Positions 26,217-39,365 are shown, counted from the stretch's first letter. The stretch is 64,000 bases of DNA from Perna viridis (GCA_037379345.1 CM074512.1:32798001-32862000); one strand, 5' to 3'. The notes: generated by a model not told the origin, from the letters alone. Made by a program: numbers and translations.

Positions 26217-26849
26217 TACTCGGCGTCACATAAATAACATACTGTTAAAATTTGAATAAAAATATTTTCTTCGACTTTATTGACACCAACCGTCGTTTAA
26301 ATTGTCTTAAATGACTTGCTCATTCGTTTAGCCAAACAGCTTCTCAAAAACAAGTCGCTTATTAGCTTAAATCATGCGTAACAAATCCTTACGGGAAAAT
26401 CCCATACTAATATCCGCCATGTTGGTTTTTACGGGACGATTTGTTTACAAACGAAGTACGTAAGTTCCCGTCGAACTCCGGTGACAATCGTCTGCTTGAT
26501 CAACTTCTCGGTATTATACGTTGTTCGCGTAAAATAAATCCGAGATATCCGAAATAACGCCGAATTGCATTCTGGGTTCTTCGGTTTTTGGACAAACCAT
26601 TTAAACGTAAACAACATCTCCTAGCAACCCGATCACTGTAAACATGGCCGACTTTTTACAATGTAAATATTGCCACCTAGAATTAAAATCTGACCGGAAT
26701 TTAACGATTCAATGTTTAGGGAGAAGCCGTTTGGCTAAACGAATGAGCAAGTCATTTAAGACAATTTAAACGACGGTAGGTGTCAATAAAGTCGTAGAAA
26801 ATATTTTTATTCAAATTTTAACAGTATGTTATTTATGTGACGCCGACTA
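26217..26849. mobile_element. MITE with 129-bp terminal inverted repeats and TA flanks (empty copy)
   Basis: TACTCGGCGTCACATAAATAAC...GCTTCTC (26217-26345) is inverted at 26721-26849; TA on both sides; second copy at 42071-43160. Confidence 0.92.
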
Positions 26850-28024
26850 TAACTAATATTTTGATATTGTAACGTCATCCCAATCGCAACACACAACAAG
26901 CACTGTCACTACATGTAAGTCGATTACAGTATCTAACTTAAAAGACTCAAGTCCAACACAGGCGTTTAGGTATACCAACTTTCTTATATTGAAATAACTT
27001 GTATAATGGTTGGATTTGATTTGATCATTTACAATATTTACCGCATTAATGTATATGGTCTCTATGATTCGGTTTTTTTTTTATATAATTAATGTTGTTT
27101 GTTTTGGTTTCTTTTTTATTTCTTTTCTTTAACTTGAATATCTTTGTCTCTTGACTTTTCAGTTCAGTTAATGTAATCGTTTTAAAATTTCGCTGAACTT
27201 CTCATTAATTTACTATTAATATGGTTGTTACATAAAAATATGAGTTTTTAATAACAATCATGCTTAAGATTGGAAATGTACATTGTAAGTGTACGGGCAA
27301 ATTGAAAACAGTGCAAAATTGATTTCGATCAGGTCTTCCAAAAGCCGCAGATTACACTAGTAATAAATTGTCATATATCCAAAACTTACAAACAGCTACA
27401 TTTTTATTGGCAGACCAATACAAAGCCTCTATCTACGATAATATTCAATTTGACACTGTTTACTCTGTAGAACAATTCCGCAATTTCCTAATACTTCGGA
27501 AATTGGCATGATGAAATATGGTATACATATGTTAATCTGGTAGATAGTAAATTGTTCCTTGATTGACATTGTTGCTAATTCCATCTGATACTAAAGTATT
27601 GTGTTACTTATCGTTAATTCGACAGTATTTCCTTGGGAACAATATCATTTAAGCCAGTAACAGTTAACGTCGATGCGGATTAATTTGACAAACCTATTGG
27701 GATACATTTGTGTGTCCTGAACGTCAAACAGTGACAACTGAAATTCTCTAAGATTCCTTACCCATGCTTGATGTATCTTCATAATGCAATTAAAATAACA
27801 ACTATAAACTGGTATTCTTCATCCAAATATATTTTCATTTGATTTGAAACAAGGTTTCTGATTGGAAAATTCCTCATGCCGATTTGTTGCTATTTCATAC
27901 TTTAAAATTTTGTCTTGTGTCGTCCATAACTTCGGAAGGTTTTAAGTCCGCGTTCAAATAGTCCCAAACTAAATTACTTCATAGGTACTAATCAGAAAGT
28001 TTGGACTTAGAAACATTGAATGTA

Positions 28025-28224
28025 TTTTCCCGACACAGTCGGTATAGTTTCGCTGTTTACCCTTTGACCTTAAAGACGCTCTTCCATGGAAACGCAAGTC
28101 ACCTGATCGCAATTCTGTTTCCCGATTAGCCAAATACTGATAACAAATACTGAATCGAAAATAGAAATTACGTGCCATGTGTTATCTCTTAAATTAAATG
28201 TAGACTTTTATAAGTAAAAAGAAC
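28025..28224 (-). repeat. Dispersed repeat (copy 1; copy 2 in opposite orientation at 47786-47990)
   Basis: Shared CAGTCGGTATAGTTTCGC...CCTTTGACCTTAAAGAC...CAAGTCACCTGATCGCAATTCTGTTTCCCGATT. Confidence 0.8.
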
Positions 28225-29094
28225 AAAGTTTTACACGTGCCGCGCTTCAAAAAACACAAATATTTTACTTGAAACAAAAATTTAAACATTTTTCAAATTA
28301 ACATCAAATTTAAAAATGAAAGTTGTGTTATGTCTAAGATATGATATTCTATAATAGGCGTACGTCGAGACTCGATATATTTTCTAATACCACTGGGAAA
28401 GTAAAACAAATAACTCTAGAAATATTCTAGTATGATTGATCATACGTCTGAAAAATTCCAATTAAGTGCGTTTTATTTGTTTCCCCAAAACAATATTACA
28501 AGACAATGTTCCATTTGTTTCCTTAAAATGTACATGAAATGACCCTTGAACAATATATTTCACCGTACTCCAGATGTGTAAGATTTCTGAATTATTTAGA
28601 CTGCAATAAAAAATTTATTCATGCAATGGCTTAACAATTATTACCAATTTACGTGGATATAAAAGTCACCCCATGAACCATGAATCATAAGTAATAATTA
28701 TTGTTTCATTATACCAATTATTAAGGTAATTGTTCTGTATCCCAGTTCATGTTGGGTCTTGAGTTCCTCATTGACTTTTACCATGATCTTGTCACCCGAC
28801 TTATCAAACAAAGATACAAGAACATTCGCCCTATCCACTCCCTTAAAAAGTTCTCCTGTAGATATAAAGATCCTTAACAACGGAATATGCAAGTAATAGC
28901 CTTTTGTAGCGTTATCTGCCTTCTGCAACACGCTTCCAAATAATGGACAAAAATGTATTGCAAAATATCAAGATTTGCAAGATTTAAAATCTTGTCTAAG
29001 AGGTCCTCTCTTGTTCATGATGACCTTTATAATGGACGATGATATTCTCACAAATCCTCTAAATATATCATTCCTGCTTTGAAAGTCATAAGTG

Positions 29095-30200
29095 GCGACA
29101 TTTTCAAGTCCCTACCATGTATTGGTTATCTCAAGTCGTATAAACAAGTCCCCTCAAATTCAGTTTCATCTCAGCGTCCAGTAAGTGTACTAAAATGTCT
29201 GTCCTTTTAACTAGTGATCTCACTAAATTAAAGGAACGAATTATAAATTATTGTAATAAAGCCTATGAACATAATGGTGTTAAGTGTTTTATGTGAAAAA
29301 CTCGCTGGAAGTTTTGGATAATTACATGGTTTGGATATACCCATAGAAAATGTGGACAGTTATGATTTCTCCACACTTTACACTATACTTCCACATTACC
29401 TCATTCAACAGACATTTTCTTAATTTATCAAATAGTGTTTCGATAAAAAAACAGATCAAAAACATATTTATTGTAATAAAGAAAGATCATTATTCGCAGA
29501 CGAAAGAGACAAAAATAAAACTTATACTAGCTGGACCCGTATCGACATGATTAGTTCAGCCCATTTTGTTTTTCTTGACAACATTCATTTCCGTTTCAGC
29601 GACAAATTTTTTTGGCAGGTTGTAGATATTCCGGGGCACAAATTGTGGTCCTTAATCATTATAGCAGATTTATTCCTGTACTGTTATGAATCTCAGTTTA
29701 TGGCCAAACTTCATAAAGATCCTTCCAAACATGATTTAATAGACACATTTCATTATACTGATCGCTACCTTCATGATATTTTTGCGGTGAAAAATCCTGA
29801 TTTTTTTAAATACTTAGTACACGGCTGAAATTTACCATAAGGAATTGACTTTAGATTAAGCTAATAAGGGCAGTTTTTATTGCCCTTTCCTGGGTTTAGA
29901 TGTTTCCATTTCACAAGATAAACTCAAAAATAAAATTTACGACAAATGGGACGATTTTTCGTTTCCAATTGTTAATTTTTACCTTCCTTGAAAGGGGGGG
30001 GGCTTCCTTTGGCACTTTCATAAGGTGTATCTATTTCTCAACTTGTTCGATATGCCCGTGTTTGTAGCAATGTTTTACTAGACTTTAATGTACGAAATCT
30101 CTGTGTTTCCGGTAAATAGTTGAGTTAAGGTTTTCATTACCATAAATTAGTTTTACTAAATTTTTCCATAAATAACAAAATTTGTTGCTGACGTTTGGCT
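29095..30200 (+). mobile_element. Degenerate Penelope-like reverse transcriptase (frameshifted, with stops)
   Basis: Fragments read VDSYDFSTLYTILPH, FLDNI, IADLFLYCYE, RYLHDI (eroded YxDD), IYDKWDDFSFPIVNF and ISQLVRYARVCS; probable 3' region at ~30600-30970. Confidence 0.85.
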
Positions 30201-31599
30201 GTACTTGTAACTTAATCAATAAAAAGCTTCGCTGTGCGCAACATGATACGACCGCAGTGGTCAACTGATAATTTCCCCATGTTCTTTAGTATGCCAGTCG
30301 CGTTTATATACATTTTTATAATATACATAAAAGTTCAAGATTAAAAAAGCCCGCGTAACATTATAATGTTTATGTGCATGTGAGCGTCACTGCTTTTTAT
30401 CTTGGCATTTGTAAGAAGACCTTGTTTTACTTGGAAATTTTATGATATAGTTTCACTTAATTCTGTAGGACTTTTTCGTATTGATAACTTTGTTTGAGTA
30501 TACATGTTGTACTTTTGGACTATGAATTAGCTTACAGATAAAGCGAGTACACTTTTGAGGTAGATAAAAGTTTGTTTTCGTTTGTTCTATTCGTTAAAGT
30601 GTATGCATTCTGTATCGATCTCAAGATTTAAATCCGAATTCAACAGATTTTTATAGTTCGTGTTGTTGGTGTATTTTCCCACAAGTATCCCAAGTTAGGG
30701 GGAGGGTTGGGCGCTCATAAACATGTTTATCCCGCCACATACTTTATGCGCCAGCCCCAATGTTCATTGTTATTCGTTTAACGTGTTTTTCTATAGATTA
30801 GGTCGATTTTCATCATTTATTTTGGGGCCTTTTACAGCTTGCTTTATGGTATTGGTTTTCCCCATCACTGAAGACCATGAACTGTTACAGTAGAAGTTTA
30901 ATTGTTCGTTCTTTGGCTTTTGAGTGATGACTGTCTCATTTACAATCATACCAAATTTCCTATTTTAATATTTGGTGAATTTTTTATTATCTTGACAAAC
31001 TCTACAAAAGCTGCGCATCACGCTTGATACATAATTATGTCATTTGGCATTATTGTGTATTTTCGGTCGCTTTCGTATATCTCCGTAACATGTTTCTTGT
31101 TTTTTTAATCGAGAATATCTTTAAACACACACAAGATAGTTCTGTCTTTTTAAGTTACTTTCTCCTTTAAGTAAATTATAACATTCTTTCTAGAACAATC
31201 AGCAAACGTTATTTTCTTAACTGTTATCCATGTTTTGTCATGTAAGACGGGAATTACAGTTGTGTTCTTCACAACACCCGTCGTACAGTCTAGCGCTGCG
31301 TTGACTAATATTTTCACATTCATCAGCAGAATACATTCAAACTTACACCAAAACTCTTATGGCAATTATCGAAGAGGGGGTTAATTAGCAATTTAATTGT
31401 GAATTACCTGTACAAAGTCTGGAAGGTAATTTTCTTTCGCTTCGGCGAAAGAATATTTAGGGTAGGTTTTGACCTGTTGACCCCTTGTAATCCTTTGAAA
31501 GAGCAGCATACACGGAAAGAAACTTTTGTTCATGTTGTTAAACGGTGCGAAGACTGAGCTGTATGTGTACTACACAGAGTCGATATCGGACTGGGTAAT

Positions 31600-31881
31600 T
31601 TCAGGTTACAGACCACCAATTCAACCAATGGGCATTTGGAACGTACGCAGAAATTACCCCTGTTCCTCATAGTGCTGTGAAAAAAAGTTCTCATCTTATT
31701 TAAAAAAATTAAACAGTTTCTGAAAGGAAAAACATTTCTGTACATTTTATAGGTGCATTTTGCTTCTTGTGAAGCCTAATCTCCATAATGATTTTTAATT
31801 ATACCCCTATCTTGTGAAAACACTGGGATTTCCCATGCTATTTATAGACCCTTCACTTCCGGTGACCAGTACTGCACTGCA
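31600..31881 (+). mobile_element. Family X element, 3'-truncated copy
   Basis: TTCAGGTTACAGACCACCAATTC...GACCAGTACTGCACTGCA aligns with 42206-42510. Confidence 0.85.
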
Positions 31882-33866
31882 TGTAAAAGAGGAAGTAAAC
31901 ATAGTTTGGTCGTTTTATTTGCTTATCTAAGTCAGAACATTAATACATGGCGATGTTTGTTTCATCTTTAGCGTAAAATTTTCATCAAAGATCTTTTGGC
32001 TTCTATGTATTGGAATACTTGGTCTGCAGCATTATCAGGGTGAGTTGTACTCTGTCTCCCCTTTACATGTCCCCTTTTCATGTCATCCTCTTTGTTAACT
32101 TACTCGATCATTTAATAGTATGTGCATGTACATCCCCATGTAAAGTTTTGCCAAAAATTATTTGGTTTGTATATAAAAAAAATGTCACGTTTGATATGCA
32201 GCGTAATCAGGGATTTTTATGTCTCTCCTTCCCGAGCCTATCATATATCTCTTCCAGTTTGCTGGAGGCATCCATGTCCATTTAGAAGTATGATTAAAAT
32301 TCTCTAGAAATTATCACAATCTGAGGATAAAAAAAATTAAATAAATATATAATTATATTTAATACAATAAAAACAGCTAACTTTAACTCAACCAAGATCA
32401 ACAATTCGACCTCATCTTTCAGACAAAGGAAATAACTATTCAACAGAATACAGAAAATGTAAATTTTTTGGTGACACTTAAACAGTACATTCAGTTCCAG
32501 TACCTTCAAAAAACGGAACCAACAAGGTTTTAATAGCCGATAATTCATGTTCTCCTCTACATGTATTTACCTTCAACATCTATGTTACCAAACCTGATTT
32601 CTAAGAAATATTGCAAACGAAAGACTCTGCCTTAAAAAGTTTTAAAAGCAATTACTTGTTATACAGCTAATTTTATCTTGGTGATTTGTCCTTGATTTTA
32701 CTGGTTAAATTACTATTTATCCCATTTGTAACGTCACATGACTGTGACACGAAAGGTGTACTTAGGGTGGCTGCATGTACTTGTATCTTCCACACAGATG
32801 TGTTTTTTATGATTGACGCACATGTCACACCCACAAGTTTCATATTTGAACTTTAGATGCCCTTGGTCGAAGAAATGTAGGAGGTTGGTCCGATCACTCG
32901 TGTAAACCTAGTAACTTACAACAAAACGTAGATTTTTTTTGCGGATTCTAATTTGAGCGAGCAAATGTAGACACGTATGAAGATGAACTGTGTCCCCATA
33001 GTAACCTGGGATTTATGATAAAAGTGGTAGATTACAAGTGGAATTGTTTGGTATCGGTTGTGTAACTCTAACACTGCACCAGAGAGGGCTTCTTGTATTT
33101 TTAATTGATGGTGCGCATTCTTTATCAAATCATCCAGATTCAATTTTACCGACAGAACTACAAATTTAGCGGATTGATATCTACATGTAGTAAAGCTGGG
33201 AGCTGTTAATAGGTCTGCGTAGGAGTTTTCTCAAGATCTCTTTCATTTTTCCGATCTCGCCATGAATAAAATGAGCTTGTTGTTTATTTTCCATCAAATT
33301 ATGGACCTAAATGGGAAAACAAATCTAATTTTGTTGCATCTTTTGGAATTTATTATCATGGAATTCTGAATGTCTCGGATCTAAATTTCAAAAATGATTT
33401 CGTACTATTACTCTCCATGTCCATATAATAAAAAAAAACTAATTGTCATGAAATACATTTCATTATTTTCTTTATGACCATTGTCCTAATATGCAATTTT
33501 GATGATTTTATCTTGTAGTCTCTAAAAGAAATTGAGCGGAAGATTTTTTATAGTCAAATTTACTGGAGATTCATCTCTTGTTTTAAAAGATATACATAAA
33601 ATCGTCGTATCTATATTGTTTCTGACTCATATATAGCGAAAAATCCTTATCGATGCTGTTTTATTATATTATTCTCATTAATATTCATTGAATAAAATAA
33701 TAAGCTTTACGACAGATACTTAGTCACAAAATACTGAATACGAAAAAATTTAACATTTAGGTTTTTGGTAGCCACAATTTGAATGATACTTATTATAATG
33801 ACGAATACATGTTTACTACACAAATAAAAACAAGTTTTTATCTGGAAGAAATGACTCCTCTTTCCG

Positions 33867-34182
33867 TCCGCACCATGAAAACTGATTTGCTTAACGTGTA
33901 AAATTTTGCCTTTCCGCATTCGTCTGCTCTGGACTTGTCTTTTTATGAGCAACTCGGCGGGTGTTTCTAGAAAAGCAGAAGACGCTTGCCTTACCCGTGA
34001 ACATGGTTCATGCTCTCAGTTTTTAGTGGAGTCGGAGTTGCTCATTTATTTTTGCAATTTGTATTTATTATTTTAGTTATTTTATGTTCTTTGTTGTGTT
34101 TGTCTGTTTTCCATGTCTGGTCTTTGTCCCTGGATTACATTCTCTTGATTTCCGCTAGAATTTTGGTTCCCTTGATTACTCT
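33867..34182 (+). mobile_element. Penelope-like element 3' end
   Basis: CACCATGAAAACTGATTT...ATGAGCAACTCGG...GAGTTGCTCAT...GGTTCCCTTGATTACTCT. Confidence 0.8.
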
Positions 34183-35122
34183 CTGACTAACAAATGTACA
34201 CACAGAAAAAAAAGTATTACTACAATTATGAAGTTTGCAAGTGTTACAAATATACAACACGTGGCCATAGAGCAGGTAATATAAGGTAGAGACGTGGGGA
34301 ACAAATGTTTCATTTTTAATAAAGTTCTGGAAGCCAAGTAATCTCTGTCAAGCGCTGAATGATATAGTTACCAGGTCAACGCACGCAATTCCACAACTTG
34401 TAGGTTTTTGAAATGGCTGCCCATGAAGTTTTAAATTACTTTGACACAGAAAAATGAAAAATGCAGTAAAAAAAAAAATACATTTCTCAAATTACATTTA
34501 ATTGATAAGGTATTATTAAATACCATAGCAATCAGTCTACGCTTCATGACAATTTGTGAGGAGGCGCTTACATGTATAATCTGTATTTTCTATCTTTAAC
34601 ATTATGCATTTGAATATTTTCTTCAGTGTCCTTGAGAATTCATGTTAACAGGATAGTTTCATAGTTCAAACGCAGTATCTCATCGACATGGCATTGATTT
34701 CATAGTATTATTGTATTTTAGTTTTATATTTTGATAGATTGTTTTCCTCATAGATAAATCATAGATAAATCATATGATATTCGTTTAGAAGCAGTTAAAA
34801 TTACATACTAAACAGCTTAAAAGAGCATTGACGCTCTGATTTATTTATTTCAATCCTTTTGCACCGATCTCAATTCAAAGAACAAAAAAAATATTTGAAT
34901 CATCATTATGCTTTGAGTTAATTTACATTTTTTTCATCTATATTCATAAAATAAACTTAATCTGGTATAATACTAGCGTGGTGCGATTTTCAGCAGCTAG
35001 ATATTATTTTCAGTTCAGCTTAAAAATATCAAATGCTGTTGTTTTTAGTCTTTTACGGTGGCAGTAAAAAAGGGCACGAAATGAGTAACAGTGATGATAG
35101 ACGTGAAGACTGACAAGTCGAG

Positions 35123-35476
35123 CAAGAAGACTAGATTTAAAAGTCGTCAGGCAAGAAGACTGTAGCCTTAGGATTCAGGAAAGAAGACTGTAATCTTAGC
35201 CTTAGACGTCAGGTAAGACGATTGTAGCCTTAAAAGTCAAGCAAGAAGACTGTAGTCTTAGAAGTCAGGCATGAAAACTCTATCCTGTGAATTCAAGCAA
35301 AAAGACTGTAACTTTTGAAGTGAGGCAAGTAGACTGTAGCCTAAGAAGTCGGACAAGAAGACTGTGGCCTTAAAAGATAGGCAAAAAGACTGTAACCTTT
35401 GTAGTCAGGCAAACAGACTGAAGCTTTAGAAATCAGGCAAGCAAACTGAAGTCTTAGAAGTCAGACAAGAAGACAG
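35123..35476. repeat. 28-bp minisatellite, about 12 diverged units
   Basis: Consensus close to AAGAAGACTGTAGCCTTAGAAGTCAGGC. Confidence 0.85.
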
Positions 35477-36409
35477 TTTCATCAGTTTAACTTTTACAAA
35501 AATATGAAGACTTATTATTTATACATTCACTTTAACGCCATAAACAATTTGTCGGATGTAGATTCATTACATTTAAAAGGTCAGAAAAAAACAGTGAAAC
35601 CTGTCTACACCGAACCCTTTCTGACTGTAGAGTTTGTTCGGTTGATACAGGTGTTTAGTTTACACAGGTTCAAAATGCACTTATACAAAACTGATATAAA
35701 GGACGTTAAAAAAGTGTCTGGTTTAAAAACCAATAGGATGGTTCGCCAATCTCATTAGTGATGTCATATTCAGTAATTTGCATATCAATAAGTGTCAAAT
35801 TGGTTGGCAAGTAAACAACTAAATAAATAATTGACAATTTCATGATTAGAAACTAAATATTCAAAACTTTATACCTTTGTTATTTCATATCGAATTTTGG
35901 ATCTGTAAAATGTTTCATTTAGATAAAATAATTCATATTTTGCATGTGAATTTATAACTCTTTTACTTGAAAAATAAATTTGAAATGATATTTATATGTA
36001 AACTTCTATTTTCATTTTAAATTATTTTCAAAATATCATGCTCATAATGTCTGATTATTGAATATCTATTTAAAAATTCCAAATAAAAAGAGTTTTATTG
36101 GAAGTGTAGGGAACCAAGAGCATTTTTCAATTATCTTTAAAAATAAAAAAAAGTTATGATGATTTAAAGTTGATGCCCCAAGCCACTCACGGATTTTTTT
36201 GCCAACCAAATCCGAATCACAGGTACACATGTAAGTCATGAAATCACAAAGAACTCTCCTATACATATATGAAGGGCTTTTGAAAAGTGTCTAGTTTAGC
36301 TAGGCTTTAGGTTTATTAAAGATTCATTTTAGATGTGTTTCATCATACTACTGATGAATGTTTACCACTGAAAACGTACAGAATATTGGATTGATTGAGA
36401 ATATTGAAT

Positions 36410-36900
36410 CTCGGCGTCTTTCTTTTCATCTTGGATAAGGTATAATGCTGCAATAAATTCTTTCCATTTATGCCTGCCTTTCACCAACTTCTGAGCCTCT
36501 CTCCGTGTGAACCCTCCATCATTCAACTCTATTACGACTGTTCTGCGCCATGTTATTCTTGACCTGCCAAGGTTTCTTTTTCTATGTGGGGTCCATCTAT
36601 AAGCGACTTTTAGTATTAGCTACTGGTCCATTCTGAAGACATGAACTAGTAATCTCAACCGTCTTTCTTTATTTTCTATACTGATGCAGGGATGATTCAG
36701 TGGTTGGTTTTCTTTATCATCAATGTTAGAGATCTTATTGGGGCAAAATATTTGTATACCTTTCGAAGACATCCATGGTAGAAGCTTTAAATTTTCTTCA
36801 TTTCACTATGTATTCAGCTCCATGTAATAGCGCAGATTTTACATAGCTGTTGAAGAGTTTGATCTTTTTTAAGAGAGTATAGCATATTGAATACATGTAT
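36410..36900 (-). mobile_element. RTE-clade LINE C-terminal relic
   Basis: Minus-strand reading KIKLFNSYVKSALLHGAE...RRLRLLVHVFRMDQ*LILKVAYRWTPHRKRNLGRSRITWRRTV...KWKEFIAAL matches the typical RTE ORF end (RRLRWxGHVxRM...GRPxxTW). Confidence 0.8.
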
Positions 36901-37082
36901 CCAAATTCCCTGTCTCACAAAGACATCTTATATAAGTGACATATTTATGCTATTTTTAATCATGTTCTTGATCTTTGGTCAACATGCACTGTCCTCAAAA
37001 TCAATAAGTTTTATCTCCACAAACGTTTAAATTCCATTAAGGAGAACTGCTAGCGGAGATTTACATCACAAATCATTGTTGA

Positions 37083-37480
37083 AAGGCTTGCCGAAACTAC
37101 ATGGACGTTTGGCACCATGCTAGACTTGTTATAATAGACTTTTTAAACAGGGTTATGTTGCTACAATATAGAAATATCTATATCAAAATATCTATGGTCG
37201 TCACCGTGATCTCGTCAGTCTACACCATGTGATTTAATTTGTTTACTGTGTCATGTAGGAAAAAAGTCATTAATCTTTTACTTCCCCAGACTGTTGTATG
37301 CAACTTGGGGCGCTTGTTCCAAGAAAAGCAGAAGACGCTAACTCTTCGGGTGCATCTGATCCATGCTTCCAGTTTTTAGCGAAGTATTGGTTGTTCATTT
37401 ACTTTTTGTTTCTTTGTTTGTGGTATATTGGTTATTGCATGTTCCTTGTTGTGTGTGTCTATTTTCTTTTTCCTTTTTAA
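37083..37480 (+). mobile_element. Older, diverged Penelope-like 3' fragment
   Basis: GCTTGCCGAAACTAC...CAGGGTTATGTTGCTACAA...GGTCGTCA plus an eroded 3' motif. Confidence 0.65.
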
Positions 37481-37655
37481 AACTTTATACCGCTAGCGTC
37501 AATTAAAACATGTTTTTAGTTTATTTTTATTTTGAGATGGAAGGTATCCAGAAATGAAAACCCAACAAAGAAGCCATTAACTAATTTCTGTTAACACTAA
37601 TTCAACTTTAACGATGCGGTGAACGCCTACAAAAGTTAGTGAAGACCTCGTTATT

Positions 37656-38257
37656 GAAATGCCGATTCACAAGGTATGACAAGACTGGCATAAAGAAATG
37701 CCGATTCACAAGATATTACATGACTGACATAATGACATGCCGGTCACAAGAGTAATCAAGGGAACCAAGGTTATAGCGGTAATCAAAAGAATGTAACCCT
37801 GGGACAAAGACGAGACATGGAAAACAGACATACACAACAAAGAACATAAAGTAACTAAAATCATACATACAAAGTAACAAAAGCAAATGAGCAACTCGGA
37901 CTCCACTAAAAAATGGGAGCATGGACCATGTGCACCGGTAGGGTAAGCGTCCTCTGCTTTCCTAGAAACACCCGCCGAGTTGCTCATAAAAAGTCAAGTT
38001 CGGAGTAGACAAACGAGGAAAGGAAAACTATGACCCGTTGAATAAATCAGTTTTCATGGTGTAGATGGATACACCATAACGATCCAAGAGTTCATGATGA
38101 CGACCATAAAACTTCTGTAGCGATGACTTCAATCTTGTAGCAACCCTGTTCCAGAAGGTATGAAATGACTGGCATAATGAAATACCGCTTCACAAGGTAT
38201 GACATGACTGGCATAATGAAATACCGGTTCACAAGGTATGACATGACTGACATAACG
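37656..38257. repeat. 39-bp minisatellite (about 5 units) split by a Penelope-like insertion
   Basis: GAAAT(G/A)CCG.TTCACAAGGTATGACATGACTGGCATAAT units on both sides of 37748-38157. Confidence 0.85.
37748..38157 (-). mobile_element. Penelope-like element 3' end including the ORF C-terminus
   Basis: Minus strand encodes ...ATRLKSSLQKFYGRHHELLDRYGVSIYTMKTDLFNGS* followed by the conserved 3' stem-loop. Confidence 0.85.
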
Positions 38258-38312
38258 AACTGACAAGTTACGGCATCAAGAATTGCTGATTTACAAGGGA
38301 AGCGCTTTTATG

Positions 38313-38785
38313 TTTGTTTGTTTGTTGGGGTTTAACGTCCGAGCAGCAATATTTCAGCTGCATTCAGACGATGAAAATGAAGTGTATGATAAAATAAGCA
38401 TGAAATGATGATGAAATGAAAAAGGGATGGGACACAAGGACAATGGGGTCGACAAATTTTGATTGCCACTGGAAATGGGGAGAGGTGGTTAGGGTCGGGC
38501 AATTTAGCCTCCTGTGGCGGAGCCCTATGGTTCCTACTCCGGAAGAATACCACAGTAGGGTTCTTTAACGTGCGAGGAACGTGGCATCTTTCCCAACACG
38601 GTGCACCACTATGGTTTGCGGTCAGGTTTTCCGTATTATAGCCTGACAACCCCAACATTTAACATGCCAGGGGTACCCCATTCCACCACCTGGGGCACAC
38701 ATCCCAGCTGCTCTGTGGGCAGAGCGCCCTAGCCCCCGTCTCGGGTTCTGAGCACTATTTAGTCGCCTTTTACGAATAGCTTAGC
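38313..38785 (-). mobile_element. SINE-like non-autonomous retroelement, 5'-truncated, 16-bp TSD
   Basis: Flanked by a perfect GGGAAGCGCTTTTATG repeat (38297-38312 and 38786-38801); (CAAA)n tail. Confidence 0.92.
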
Positions 38786-39365
38786 GGGAAGCGCTTTTAT
38801 GATTACATAACAATATTTTTGTATTGTCAGCAACAAAATGATGCATTACATGAAAATACGTGTGTCATCAATGAATTATACCTTCTTTGTTCTCTTTTGT
38901 TGTTCATTATTCAAGATTATCTGGAAATATCGCTGCTGAGATTATAAAACCATCTCTATTTTCCTAAACAAATGATCCTATTAGACTTCTTCATTTTTAC
39001 GAAGCTACCATTAGTCTTTAACTGGAATTTCATATTACATAATACTTGAATGATCAGTTGAATATCTCAGTAAGGGGCATGACCAGTTTTAAAGTCAATT
39101 AAAAAAGCAGCGTCAAGTATTTTCACCTAGTAAAAAATGTTAATCATGGTAAATATACACAGAAAAGTCCACAGACGAACCAGATTTTGTTATCATACAT
39201 GTACAAATCAATATGACAGTTCACTGTTTTGGGTATACTTGTAATGCGTTTGGTAAATACTGCAAATGTGGATGTATTCCAATCGTAATATATGTACATG
39301 TATAAACTTGGTGATAATATCATATCACGTGTCATTCCAATCCTACATCTTTCAAAAATTAGTCT

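Noticed and set aside
33945-34045. SECIS-like reading of the Penelope-like 3' stem (ATGA...AAA)
   Set aside because: The ATGA is Watson-Crick paired with TCAT rather than forming the GA quartet, and the spacing to the A-run does not fit
36348-36385. CTGATGA...GAAA hammerhead-like core (also at ~1079)
   Set aside because: Stems I and III and the NUH cleavage triplet cannot be formed
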